From Octopus sinensis (lineage: Eukaryota), in the NCBI RefSeq assembly GCF_006345805.1, contig NC_043003.1, positions 68,014,001-68,078,000 on the forward strand: a stretch of 64,000 nt of DNA, read 5' to 3'. A program made the position numbers and the translations under genes. The notes beneath the pieces are model-generated. The model worked only from the letters and a program-made list of their open reading frames with translations. It was not told the DNA's origin and did not search any database. Position 1 is the stretch's first letter. The number at the start of each line of letters is the position of its first letter. Below are positions 1 to 11,553 of the stretch, one piece after another.

Positions 1-2710
1 ATGTTAGATGGCCTAGATAGATGACCTTTTACTCAATCCAACTGCTGAAGACGGGACCGAAACCAGCTGCCCTCAGGACAGCCTCCAATTATCGATGGTC
101 GACCCTATCGAAAGCTTTCGATTAACACAAATTTATCAGTGTCTCATCCATGCAGGGTTCCTTAACTACCCTGTCTATGATACATCGCACCAGAGGGAAG
201 TTATCATGAATACTTCCGCCCGGCACGGCGCAAGCTTGCGCCTTGTTGACCTGTTTCTCGATGACAAACGCCAACCCCTCCTCTAGCACCATGGCCCAAA
301 ATCCCTTCTCTTCCTATCTCTACTCACATAGTCTAATTGCGTGTCCAAAGTAGCGTTCTAATCCCCTCTAAAAGTAAATATCGATATATTCCTAGGAAAA
401 CCTCTAGACGTCGAAAAAAATTCGACCGACCTGATTAGGCTGCCGCGTACACTGTTAATGGTCGGAAAGCAAACCCATTACTGCCATCGTCATCCAAGAC
501 GACCAGCCGGGTTTAACAATATTACTCTTACTTTCAGATCCAGACACTTTCGAAAAAGCACCGCAATATCATCCATTCTCGGCAGACACGGGGAAAATAA
601 ATATCGAATTGTCTGCCAAATGTGGGCTTGAGGGTCAATAGGATGGAGGGTCTGGTTTAGCTATGATATCTACACTTTGTGACTTGATGTCATTTAACAA
701 GTGACCTTGTTTTCAAGGCGAACCAAAAGCACGCACATTTATACTACCTATCTTGATCATGAATCTGACGAAAGATCCGTCTCAAACACAAACCGAAAAC
801 AGAAAGTGGGGGAGAGAGAAAGAAGGTCAGTTAGTGTTTCGGAAGTTGGGGATATTCCTCTTCAGTTTCCGTGCGGAGATTTTTATATAGATTTTTTTTG
901 CGAAATGTTTTTGAAATCTCCCTACTGCATTAGGGTAGAAGGATTTAATTAATTTGTGTGTGTTTTGTGTGGTATGTACTATTTTTGTGTTGTGGCGTTG
1001 CTGTGCGTGGGTGGTTGTTTGTTTCGAAATTGTTTTCAGTTACGACGGTTTATTGCATCAGGTCCAAATTCTTCGTGTTGATTGCGGTGAGCATTGTATG
1101 TTTGTAGTGTGGAGGCGCAGTGGTTAGGGCAGCGGACTCGCGGTCGTTGGATCGTGGTTTCGATTCCCAGACCGGGCGTTGTGAGTGTTTATTGAGCGAA
1201 AACATCTAAAGCTCCACGAGGCTCCGGCAGGGATGGTGGTGATCACTGCTGTACTCTTTCACCACAACTTTCTCTCACTCTTACTTCCTGTTTCTGTTGT
1301 ACCTGTATTTCAAAGGGCCGGCCTTATCACTCTCTGTGTCACGCTGAATATCCCCGAGAACTACGTTAAAGGTACACGTGTCTGTGGAGTGCTCAGCCAC
1401 TTACACGTTAATTTCACGAGCAGGCTGTTCCGTTGATCGGATCAACCGGAACCCTCGTCGTCGTAACCGACGGAGTGCTTCCATGTTTGTAGTGTTGGCG
1501 CTGGTGCTGTTGTTATGTGTGGGAGTTTTGTTGCCAGGAGTGCTGTATCTCCATGTTTTGTTTGGTGGAGACCTTGCTCTTTTTCCCCCCTTTTTGCCCT
1601 TCCTCCTGTGGACACTTGCCATTCCTCCGTGTCGCCTTCCACGGACAAAAAGTCAGAGGAATCAGGAGAGGGGAAGGTATTGGTCTCGATTTGTTGGTGT
1701 GTTGATGTTGTTGCTATTATTAGTGTTGCTTGGAGACTGTTGGGATGTGATGTATGGGTGGCATTTCTGTAGCTGTTGCTGTTGGTGGTTGTGGTGTTGA
1801 CCGTGTTGGTTTTTTGATTGGTTGGGTTTGTTGAGTTTGTTTGTTGTTTTCTGGAGCTGTTTCATCCGTTCGTGGAACTTAAATCTGTTGTACTGATGAT
1901 GGTGCGGGTAACAGTGCTGGTGTGCGGGTAGTGTATTCTTTTTTTTTTTCGTTACTGCTGTTGCTCCGGAACTGTTGAGCAGTCAAATTGTTGGTGGTTT
2001 TTGGTGTCACCTTTGTGACAGCCTCGTCTTCTGCCTTCAACAGTCACATGATCCGCTTGAATCAAGAGCTCACACGCCTACCCCACACAGTTTTTCTGCT
2101 CGAGGACGGCAGTTTCTAAGATGTTAATAACCTCCTCGAAATTGTAGCAGTTGGCAGACACCAGCCATCGTGTTTCAATCTCAGAGGACACATCTTTAAT
2201 TTTCATTTTTGTCACCCGACGACCGGGGTACGAAGGAACCATGATGACCTCTTCACACTGTAGTGACTGTGTGGAATAAGCTTTTGTTTGCTCCAATGTG
2301 TCAAATCTACCTTCAATTGTGGAACATTTTTTGCCCCTTGTGATACATTCTTTGTGTGCCTATATCGGCCTTAGACATTTTTCAATTGTTTGTTAGTTTA
2401 TATTTTCGGACCTTCTCGGTTTCAAGTTTATTGTCTTATATATTATAGTCTTTTTACTGTTTTCTAAAATGATCTGCGGTGTATTTAGTTTTATTGTTCT
2501 ACCCTCCTTAGATAGAAGGGATTTGGTTCCTATCAAAAGTTTCGGGGTAAATGAAACGATTTGTTTGTTTTGTCTCAGAACTGAAGCAAAGCTGCTTTGT
2601 CTGGTCGCGTTGTTGTTGTTATTAGTGGTGGAAGTGGTGGTAGTGGTGGTGGTAATGTTGGCAGCGGAGGTGGCAGTGGTGGTGGCGACGGTATGAACAG
2701 ACATGTACTC
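1..2710 (-). mobile_element. Decayed L1/Tx1-clade non-LTR retrotransposon (ORF1 remnant about 900-2710; ORF2 endonuclease and RT remnant 1-760), running off the left edge
   Basis: Minus strand reads MIKIGSINVRAFGSP*KQGHLLNDIKSQSVDIIA from about 760 (APE endonuclease start). It later reads ...VIEKQVNKAQACAVPGGSIHDNFPLVRCII...KAFDRVDHR*LEAVLRAAGFGPVFSSWI (L1/Tx1 RT). Upstream low-complexity and RRM-like ORF1 pieces match track ORFs 2393-2704 and 2078-2296. Confidence 0.85.
1111..1482 (+). mobile_element. tRNA-derived SINE family C, full length, inserted in the L1/Tx1 ORF1
   Basis: A-box-like GGCGCAGTGG and B-box GGTTTCGATTCC. 13-bp TSD ATGTTTGTAGTGT at 1098-1110 and 1483-1495. Close paralog at 25500-25886. 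Confidence 0.92.
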
Positions 2711-2776
2711 ATTCTTATTTTTTCCTTTCCCACTTGCTTGCTAGGAACGCTGGCGACAGTATGTGTGTTGATGTAG

Positions 2777-2965
2777 AAGGCGGCGAGCTGGCAGAAACGT
2801 TAGCACGCCGGGCGAAATGCTTTGGGGTATTTTGTCCGCCGCCGCGTTCTTAGTTCAAATTCTGCCGAGGTCGATTTTGCCCTCCATCCTTTCGAGGTCG
2901 ATAAAGTAAGTACCAGTTACGCACTGGGGTCGATGTAACCCACTTAATCCGTTTGTCTGTCCTTG
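2777..2965 (+). mobile_element. SINE family A, partial
   Basis: Head AAGGCGGCGAGCTGGCAGAAACGTTAGCACGCCGGGCGAAATG and B-box GTTCAAATTC, shared with the other family A copies. Confidence 0.85.
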
Positions 2966-2967
2966 GC

Positions 2968-3195
2968 TAAATGCTGGAGCACCGCCTTTAGTCGAAAAAA
3001 TCTACCCTAGGGTTTATTCGGACACGGGTTTATTCGAACAAACACGGACACAGAATCATACACACACGTGCACACACGTACACACACACACACACACGAT
3101 GAACTTCTTTCAATTTTCGTCTACCAAATCCACGCAGAAGGCTTTGGTAGGCCCGAAGCTATAGTAGAAGATACTTGCTCAAGGTGCCACGCAGC
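2968..3195 (-). mobile_element. SINE family B fragments
   Basis: Reverse complement of GCACCTTGAGCAAGTATCTTCTACTATAGC...GTAGACGAAAATTGAAAGAAG plus the GGTGCTCCAGCA tail motif seen in full copies at 35500 and 42851. Confidence 0.75.
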
Positions 3196-3992
3196 GGTAC
3201 TACTCACCACACAACCTCTCCAGCACCTTGCATATAATTATCTGCAAATGCTGTATTGTGCTATTTTTAAAATCTTTTTTTCTGTTTTCACAGTTTATGA
3301 GATAATAGTCTTAAGGATAGCATAAATATTCTAAATATAGTGTCGTATATCTTATATTCGGTCCATAAAGAAAGCTTTAGAAACGCAGACAGTTGACACG
3401 GAATATTATATTTTATATTGTAAATTGTTTAGCAAAAGAATACAAGCAATAAAATTCAGAATTATCTGAGGTAAGTCAGTTATTGACCTAATTCTCTGAG
3501 GTCCTACGATACCTTTATTATTAATTCATTTTCTTTTTATTATTAATATTCGACTACTACTGTAAAAATTTAGCATGGCTATCTTCCAATCACTTAGTAC
3601 AGGTTCGTTAGCACTGAGGCCGCAGATGTATGAAAACATGAAGACATTTCTTCACAGTTGATAGCACAGTGTTAAGGTGGAACAATTATACATTCGCAAC
3701 TCAGGCCCATACTCATAAAACAAACGATTCCCTGTAGACCATCGAAATAATGATATTGCAAAGAGCGGCAGCCTTAAGTCCCACTATATTTACAATGAAA
3801 ATTTTGCTGTTTTTACAGTTCTTATAACATCAAGGAAACTTCCCTTAGCAACACGGGAGAATCTTATGTATACTTATGTATCGTTATGTATCCAGCACTA
3901 ACATACCTTACACAATCCTCACGGGATATAACTTTCTAATGTATTAGTTTAAGGAATTATCGTCTACGCCACAGAGGACATTAAAAGGGATC

Positions 3993-4407
3993 GGATCTTT
4001 TCGGTTTGAACGGCAGTTTTTTTTAATAATTTTCACGTAACTAAACACTTTTTAACTTCGTATACTGGTAGAATGTGTTTATAAAACATCTTTTTTTCTT
4101 GGCCTTATTGAGAAAATTCTATAGTTTGTAAGATATTTGTTGCTTTTTTCTTCACTTTCTGAAATTTCAACCAATCACTGACGTCTATTGAGGTGAAAAT
4201 ATTCTGTGCCGTATGAATATGTCCCTCGTTTAAGAAACAGATTGGGTTTATTTACATTTCTGAAGAAAAAACGATACCCTTCCTCCCACCCCTAACCCTA
4301 ACCCTAAAACATATTGAAATGCAATAGATCAATACTAGAGTCATAATTATGGGTGACTATTTCATATGACACCGCTAGAAAAACTGCCGTTCAAACCGAA
4401 AAGATCC
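3993..4407. mobile_element. Non-autonomous DNA transposon (MITE) with ~28-bp TIRs, 8-bp TSD and internal (CCCTAA)3
   Basis: GGATCTTTTCGGTTTGAACGGCAGTTTT at the left end and its reverse complement ending at 4407. Flanks AAGGGATC / AAGAGATC (7/8). Second copy at 48343-48764. Confidence 0.9.
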
Positions 4408-5672
4408 AAGAGATCTAATTTTAAAATATATTTTCCAACATACGTGTAGATTGAGATATGGAATACCTCTTATTTCATTCCTAACATAAGATCAATTGCT
4501 ACCTTTAGCCCAAGCGTTCTCCAAACCAGTAACGGTTCAAGAATATGTAGTATTTTCCATAACAGTATGGAATTTAGATATTTTGACGTGAAGTTAGTAA
4601 TTGATAAATTATCGGTAGCACATCCATCTCCATTTATGCGACTCTTTGAATAATTCCTTTCTAACAGAATGGTTTTACTGTGACCTAATAGTTATGCATA
4701 GATAAAAATTGTTTATTTATCAAAGTTATCCTCTTCCAAACTTTCACATTTATTTATTCATCGTACACATAACATAAAAGAATCTGGACTTATATTTAAC
4801 TTAAGTCATTTACTTTTGCGTGTATATACACAATCAAATGGACTGTTCTAGACATTATAATCGATGATGTGTGATTCGGAATTTTAATTTCTATATGTTG
4901 TTCTTTTCATCTTCTTTTTTTTTTTTGTATTTTTCATTATTTTTGACCGAAGGAAGAAATGCAGATACAACGTTGACTAATCATATTTAAATATATCTGG
5001 GAAGATTTATGTTGAGTTATTTCCACGCTGCTACTCTCATATAAATTGGTTGGACAGACCTCCGAGAAGGAGACGTCTGATACAAGGACATTGAATGTCA
5101 TGTGTGTGTGTGTGCACGTGCATGCAGGTGTGTCTGTATGTGTTTGTATATGTGTTTTGCGTATTAATATGTGCGCATGTGCGCTCGCGCCGCTGTATGC
5201 GTGCGTATCTGTGTGTGTGTGCGTGTGTGTGTATGTGTGTGTATGTGTGTGTGTGAGAGAGAGAGAATGGGCGCATATTTTTCTATTTATATTAATTTAT
5301 TTTGAAAACGCCATTGTTTCCATGTGGGATAATAATGAACAGCGCTTAATTACTTCTCTACGTAGGTTTTAGAATCAGTAACTTTATCACTCGTTGCCAT
5401 GGAAAGTGCATTTTCGAAGTAGAAATAATTCTTAAAATTAAATACAGATATACAGGAAATATGAGCTTTTTATTATTATTTTGCTTTTCTTTCTTTCTTT
5501 CTGAAATAACAACTGAGTGGTATGTGTGAGTTCCTTGCTTTTAGAACAATTAATTTCATTACACCGACACTTTGCATCTGAACATTAACAGAAGTGGAAT
5601 AAAAAAAACTATCAACAATATACAGCAAGCTCGTAATAGTCAAGACCTTCTTTCATTCTTGTAATTGTTTCA

Positions 5673-5826
5673 GTTATTTAACTGCGGTCGTGCTGGAGCA
5701 TCGACTTCAGACGAACAAATCGCCCCCAGGACCTATTCTTTCTAAGACTAGTACATATTTTTCGGTTTCCTTTGCCGAGCCACTAAGTTACGAGGGTGTA
5801 AACACATCAATATCTGTCATCAAGCA
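5673..5826 (-). mobile_element. SINE family B, degraded 3' half
   Basis: Reverse-complement similarity to GCTTGACAACCGATG...GTGCTCCAGCATGGCCGCAG. Confidence 0.7.
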
Positions 5827-5934
5827 ATGATGGGATGGACAAACACGACACAAAAATAAATGTATATACATATATATTTAAAAACATATATACATATATA
5901 AAAAATATATAAACAGATAGAAACACACACACAC

Positions 5935-5970
<36 letters not shown>

Positions 5971-5974
<4 letters not shown>

Positions 5975-8900
5975 TGTTTGTTTGGCATCCTTTCTGTCTC
6001 GGGAGACAATGGAGTTGCGCATTTTTTTTTTTTCTAGGTCTAGTCCGGCTGTTATATTTTATTTCCTGTTACATTTCTTGCTGTGGCTGTGTAGTCCTAT
6101 CCTGGACAAACACTCCCTCTGGCAGGTACTGCAAATGTAGCGAAGACTGTTCCTGGCTGGTTGTAGTGCCATGGTCTCTTGTTTATGTCTCTTCCTTTCT
6201 TTCCATTTCTCCTCTCTCTCTCTGTCACTCCTCTGTATACCCTCTTTTACTGTACGTCGCCATTCTCCACGGTTGCCGGCGACTGCCTCCCAACCGCTAA
6301 TGTTGATGTTGCAGGCCTTCATATCACTTTTGCAGACATCCTTGTAACGTAAGAACGGTCTTCCCACAGACCTAGTGCCCCTAGCAAGCTCTCCGTAGAG
6401 TATGTCCTTGGGGATTCTGCCATCTTTCATACGGCTAACATGCCCAAGCCATCTCATACGTCTTTGTGTGAGGAGTGCAAACATGCTTGGTATTCCTGCT
6501 TGCCTGAGGACATCTTTGTTGGGGATATGATTCTGCCATTTGATGTGGAGGATTTTTCGGAGGCAGCGCAGGTGAAAGATGTTTAGGCGACGCTTGGTGT
6601 GTGTATAGCGTCCAGGTCTCGCTTCCATACAGTAGAGTGCTGAGTACACATGCCTGGTAGATCTTCATTTTTGTGGTCTTGGTCAGCTTATTGTTGTCCC
6701 AAGCCCGTTTGGAGAGTTGGGCCATCGCAGCAGCTGCCTTGCCAATGCGTATATTGAGCTCAGCGTCAAGGGATAGGTTGTAGGTGACGGTAGAGCCCAG
6801 ATAGGTAAACTTCTCCACCTCTTGTAATCTGTGGTCTCCAATTAGTATGTTTGGGATGTCCGATGTAGCCTGGCCCATGATGTTGGTCTTCTTAAGGCTG
6901 ATAGCTAAGCCAAAGTCGTTACATGCTTGCTCAAAACAGTTAATGAGCCTTTGGAGGGCTTCTTCTGTGTGTGTTACCAGAGCGGCATCATCAGCAAATA
7001 ACATCTCCTTGATCAGGACATTTCTGATTTTGGTCTTGGCACGCAGGCGCGAGAGATTGAACAGTTTCCCGTCACTTCTACTGTGCAGAAACACTCCATC
7101 ATCTGATGTCTGAAAGGCATGTGACAGCAAGAGTGAGAAGAAGATGCCAAACAATGTAGGAGCGAGGACACAGCCTTGCTTTACCCCGTTTTTTATTTGG
7201 AAGGCGGCTGATGTTGAACCGTTGTGCTGTATGGTGCCTTGCATGTCATCATGGAAAGACTTGATGATCCTCAGCAGCTTTGGTGGACATCCGATTTTTT
7301 GGAGCAGGAGGAAGAGGCCTGTTCTGCTTACCGAGTCAAGCCTTTGTTAGATCAATGAAGGCCATATATAATGGCATTTTCTGCTCTCTGGACTTCTCCT
7401 GAAGTTGGCGTATGGAGAATATCATATCGATAGTTGATCTGCTTCTTCTAAAGCCACACTGCGATTCCGGATAGATTCGAGAAGCAAGTAGTTGTAGCCT
7501 GGCCAGGATAACGCGGGCAAAGGTCTTTCCAACAGTGCTTAGAAGGGATATACCACGGTAATTGTTACAATCACCACGGTCACCTTTGTTTTTGTAGAGC
7601 GTAATGATGTTGGCATCCCGCATATCCTGAGGGACTGTACCCTCTTCCCAGCACTGATACAGAAGCTCATCAAGGTGCCGAAGCAGGATGGTGTTTTTGC
7701 CGGCTTTGATGATCTCTGAGGGGATGCCGTCTTTTCCCGGAGCCTTATTTCTTGCTAGGGAGTCAACAGCCTTGGTGAGCTCTGCTATAGATGGCGGACT
7801 GTCAAGTTCGCACATGACTGGCAAAATCTTGACACTCTCGACTGCAGCCTCAGCCACTGTGGTCTCCCGTGAGTAGAGATCCTGGTAGTGCTCCACCCAT
7901 CTATCCATTTGCCTGCCTTGATCCCTGATGAGATCTCCAGTAGTTGATTTCAGAGGGGCTGACTTGGTTGCGGATGGACCGAGGGCCTTCTTCAAACCAG
8001 CATACATCCCACGGGTGTCGCCCCTGTCAGCAGCTGACTGGATACTCTGACAGATTTCCTGCCAATACCTATTTGCACAGCATCTGGCTGTCAGTTGGGT
8101 TTTTATTTCGTGCCTTTCTGAGTTCTTCGAGTGACTCTGTAGAAGAGTCACTCTTGTATTGCACCAGAGCTGCACGCTTTGCTTCGATAACTGGCTCCAG
8201 CTCTGAGAGCCCAGCATTGAACCAATCTGGGTTTTGCCTTTCTCTCATGCCGAAAGTATCCAATGATGTCGTATACAAGGCTTCCTGATATAGTCCCACC
8301 TACTTTCAGCAGAGGAGGTTGGGCAGCTACTGAGGGCAACCTTGATAGAAGCAGCAAAACATTTTCGCAGTGTAGGGTCCGAGGTTCTGGCGGTGTTGAT
8401 GCGTGGTCGGCCCACTTTCTTGGAGCGATGGACTTTTTTAGGGAGAATCCTCACCCTGCTTCTAATTAGTGAGTGGTCTGTGTCACAATCCGCACTGTGG
8501 TAACTGCGGGTCAATAGCGTGGAACTCAGAAAGGATCTCGTGTGTAATGATGAGATCCAGCTGATGCCAGTGGTGAGATCTTGGATGTCTCCAGGATGCC
8601 TTGTGGGATGGCTTCTGGTAAAGAATGTGTTTGTGATGCACAGGTTGTGGTATTGTGCAGAATTCGAGTAGTCTCTGACCATTGTCATTCATGTTGCCAA
8701 TACCAAGTGTCCAACACAAATGGGCCACGAATCATGTCAGATCCCACGCGAGCGTTAAAATCCCCTAGAAGGTAGATATTTTCAGTCGTTGGTATATTTT
8801 TCTAGGACACAGTTGAGATCTTTGTAGAACTGGTCCTTGGTCTTCTCTGAGCTGTAGAGAGTGGGAGCATAGATGCTGAGTAGATGTACTGAGCCAGAAG

Positions 8901-9424
8901 AAGTCGAGAGGCGCAGTGAGAGGATACGCTCAGTGCCTCCCGATGGTGGTTCTATTGAGGAGAGTAGTGAGTTCTCACTGCAAAGCCAACGCCATGTTGA
9001 CGAGGTTCTTCTGGATCTCTTCCGTGCCAAAAGAAGGTGAAGTCCTGCTCTTTGAGTCTGCGGTTTGAGGGAAGTCTTGCTCCTGCAGCCCAGCAATATC
9101 TATGTTGAGCTCTTTAGTTCACGGTCAATGATGGCCGTTTTCCTTGTGTCTTCAATACTGAGAAGATCGTCAGATATTCCAGGACACATGGTCCTGACAT
9201 TCCAGCTTGCCAACTGCAGAACTGGTGTTTTCTTGAATTTTAGTTGCTTGCCTGGTGCAGAGGTTGCAGGCCGCTTTTCGAGTCGTACTCTTAGCTCCAA
9301 GCACCCAATGGAACAGGCGGCTTGTGGCGGGTCAGCACCTTATTAACTGGGGGCTGCCCAGCTTGAGGTGGGCAGTAGCTAACCAATAGAAGTCCCTCCC
9401 ACCGGCAGAGGTAACCCGTAGCGT

Positions 9425-9426
<2 letters not shown>
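5971..9426 (-). mobile_element. Near full-length RTE-clade (BovB-like) LINE with APE endonuclease and RT, frameshifted in this assembly, inserted in (AT)n
   Basis: Peptides LQLASWNVRTM, LLGDFNARVG, MNDNGQRLLEFC, NKGDRGDCNNYRGISLLS, YPESQCGFRRSRSTIDMIF, GVKQGCVLAPTLF, MLFADD, EKFTYLGS and the C-terminal CSTCQRECLSRIGLHSH. 3' end CCATTGTCTCCCGAGACAGAAAGGATGCC followed by a (AAAC)n tail. Confidence 0.96.
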
Positions 9427-9458
<32 letters not shown>

Positions 9459-9477
9459 ATATACACACATATATATG

Positions 9478-9830
9478 AAGACAAAATACAAATAAACGTG
9501 AGAAAATGTGGGCTGATGCATTTTCGAAGAAAGTCTATGCTAAATCGGCCATATTCTCTTCTTTCAAGGGAACCACTCACACTATTAAATGATATCAGAG
9601 ACCTAGAAGTAATTGCTGACGATAATCTCGGCTGGAGTACTGACATCACCAATAAGGTCGATATAGCTCGTAGAATGAACTACTGGATTCTAAGAACCAT
9701 CCGGTCCAGAGAAGAGGGTGTCATCATTTCTTTTTTCTCCTCCTTCATACGGTCACATTTCGAATACTGCTGAGCCCTGTAGTCTCCCTGTACTAAACAA
9801 GACATTTTGAATCACCCCAGAATTCATGTT
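9478..9830 (+). mobile_element. CR1/L2-group LINE RT C-terminal fragment
   Basis: KCGLMHF...IRDLEVIADDNLGWSTDITNKVDIARRMNYWILRTIRSR...SFIRSHFEYC resembles the KC.VMH / EKDLGV / RPHLEYC motifs of CR1 RTs. Confidence 0.8.
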
Positions 9831-9889
9831 ATGACTGATCTATATTACTGAAACCTCCTTATAGTATTGAAGCTCTATTCTCTACATTA

Positions 9890-9951
9890 CTATCATCATC
9901 ATCATAATCATCATCATCATCATCGTCGTCGTCATCATCGTCATCATCATC

Positions 9952-9991
<40 letters not shown>

Positions 9992-10010
9992 CCATCATCA
10001 TCATCATTAT
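9890..10010. repeat. (ATC)n microsatellite
   Basis: Direct reading of the sequence. Confidence 0.95.
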
Positions 10011-10079
10011 TACCAATATCGTTATTAACGCTATCATTACTATTACCACCATTACTACTATTGTTACTGTTACTTCTGC

Positions 10080-10685
10080 TATTTGTCAGGGCATTAGAAA
10101 TTGTGGTGGTATTCTGGGCATTTCGGAAGAATGGGTTGGGTTGCGGTTATTACTAGGTGTGATAGTATCTATGCTAGATATGTATGTGTGTTGATTATTT
10201 TTATTAGTAGAGTTGTTGTCATGTGAGTTTTGATAGTAAAGAGAGAGCTTTTGCTTACTCGAGGCTGCTACAATAGATTCAAAGTTAGGTGAGTTTGAAT
10301 AAGATAGTTTCATTTATGTTGTCGAGGGAAGTTAGAGTCAAGTATTCTAAAGAACGATTTAGCTAGGTTCTTAACGTTAAGAGAGAATGGCGGCGTGTGC
10401 CATAAAATAGAGCGACCGCCACTTTTTTAGGGGGTCTGGGGATGGAACTATCTAAATTGTTAGATAAATGAGTGTTATTTAACTTATTGCGTAGGGTGCG
10501 TGATAAGCGAGGCCTTTTATTGTTAGTTGTTTCATTTGTTTTAGTAGTTGACCTATTGTTAGGTGAATGTGTGTGGGGTCTATATTGTCTGGATGCTGTG
10601 ACTTCCACGGTCCGATCAACTGTGTGTGTTTGGTAGCGGTTGCGGTGGTTGTTGCGTGTTTGGGATGTGATTTGAGATATTTATT
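10080..10685 (-). mobile_element. Penelope-like element fragment (Naiad-like thumb-to-endonuclease linker)
   Basis: Minus strand reads GRSILWHTPPFSLNVKNLAKSFFRILDSNFPRQHK[deletion]KLSYSNSPNFESIVAASSKQKL. This matches the IIWYNPPFS..VKTN....FL.L.DKHFP..H...KISYSC.PN pattern of Naiad-type PLEs as I recall it. The fragment ends before the GIY-YIG domain. Confidence 0.65.
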
Positions 10686-10687
10686 GT

Positions 10688-11300
10688 AAACAATGTCTTC
10701 AAATTGCTTCGGCTCATTCGTGCTTCCTTAGGTCTTGGACAGGTTGGGTGTCTTTTCCTCCGACGACTGAGCCCTTGTTTCGGGGTCATAGCCATAGACC
10801 CACGATTCATCATCCGTTATGACCGTTTTCATAAAGTTTTCACTGTTCTCAATGCAATCAAGGAGATCTCGTGCAACTGAAACCCGAGTATCTTCTTGCT
10901 CAGCTAAAAGCAGTTTTGGCACAAACTTGGCATACACATGTCTCATACCTGAATTTTCAGTGATTATGGACTGAACTGAACCGTAACTAATATGCACATC
11001 CTCTGATAACTCATGGATGATGATTCGCCTAATTCTCCACACAGTTTTTCTCAATTCGGCTGGTTGCTTGTCTCATAGAACATTTGTCACTACCGACATT
11101 TTTTACGCCATCTTGGAAACGTCTGAACCCCTCATACACTTATGCGCCGCTAATACATTATTCTCTATACATTTTTTGCAAATTTGCGTGGGACTCTGAG
11201 CAGGTTTTAGGCAAAATTTGATGCAGAATCTCTGCTCCACTTTCTCTATTGAAGTCAACCACACGATACACACCTTCCTTCCGAACACTGCTGTAATCAG
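10688..11300 (-). mobile_element. mariner transposase pseudogene, N-terminal two-thirds
   Basis: EQRFCIKFC, RRIIIHELSEDVHISYGSVQSIITE, AKFVPKLL, VITDDESWVYGYDPET and RPKEARMSRSNLKT. Truncated before the second and third catalytic D. Confidence 0.9.
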
Positions 11301-11553
11301 TGAAAGTGAGCTAGAACGTTCTAAATTAGTGTATGTGTACAACAGCAATCAAGGTCAATCTGTGCCAAGCGGCTTTACTCTATATGCCTTAGATTCGTTA
11401 CTATGGCAACAGTCCGTATACCTATTGATCAGACCATGTATGATATATATAGAAAAATGACAGAAGTAAATAGACACGCTGATGATCGTCAAAAGTTATT
11501 GAAATCTGAAATTATACATTCAAATTATTCATTAATTGTTATAATGTGAATAT

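Noticed and set aside
4290-4307. Interstitial telomere or chromosome-fusion scar
   Set aside because: Only three hexamers are present, and they are an internal part of a MITE found in two copies.
9300-9426. HDV-like ribozyme at the RTE 5' end (known in some RTEs)
   Set aside because: A candidate P3/L3 (ACC-TCTGCC-GGT) is visible, but I could not find a matching P1 pairing. A descriptor search would be needed.
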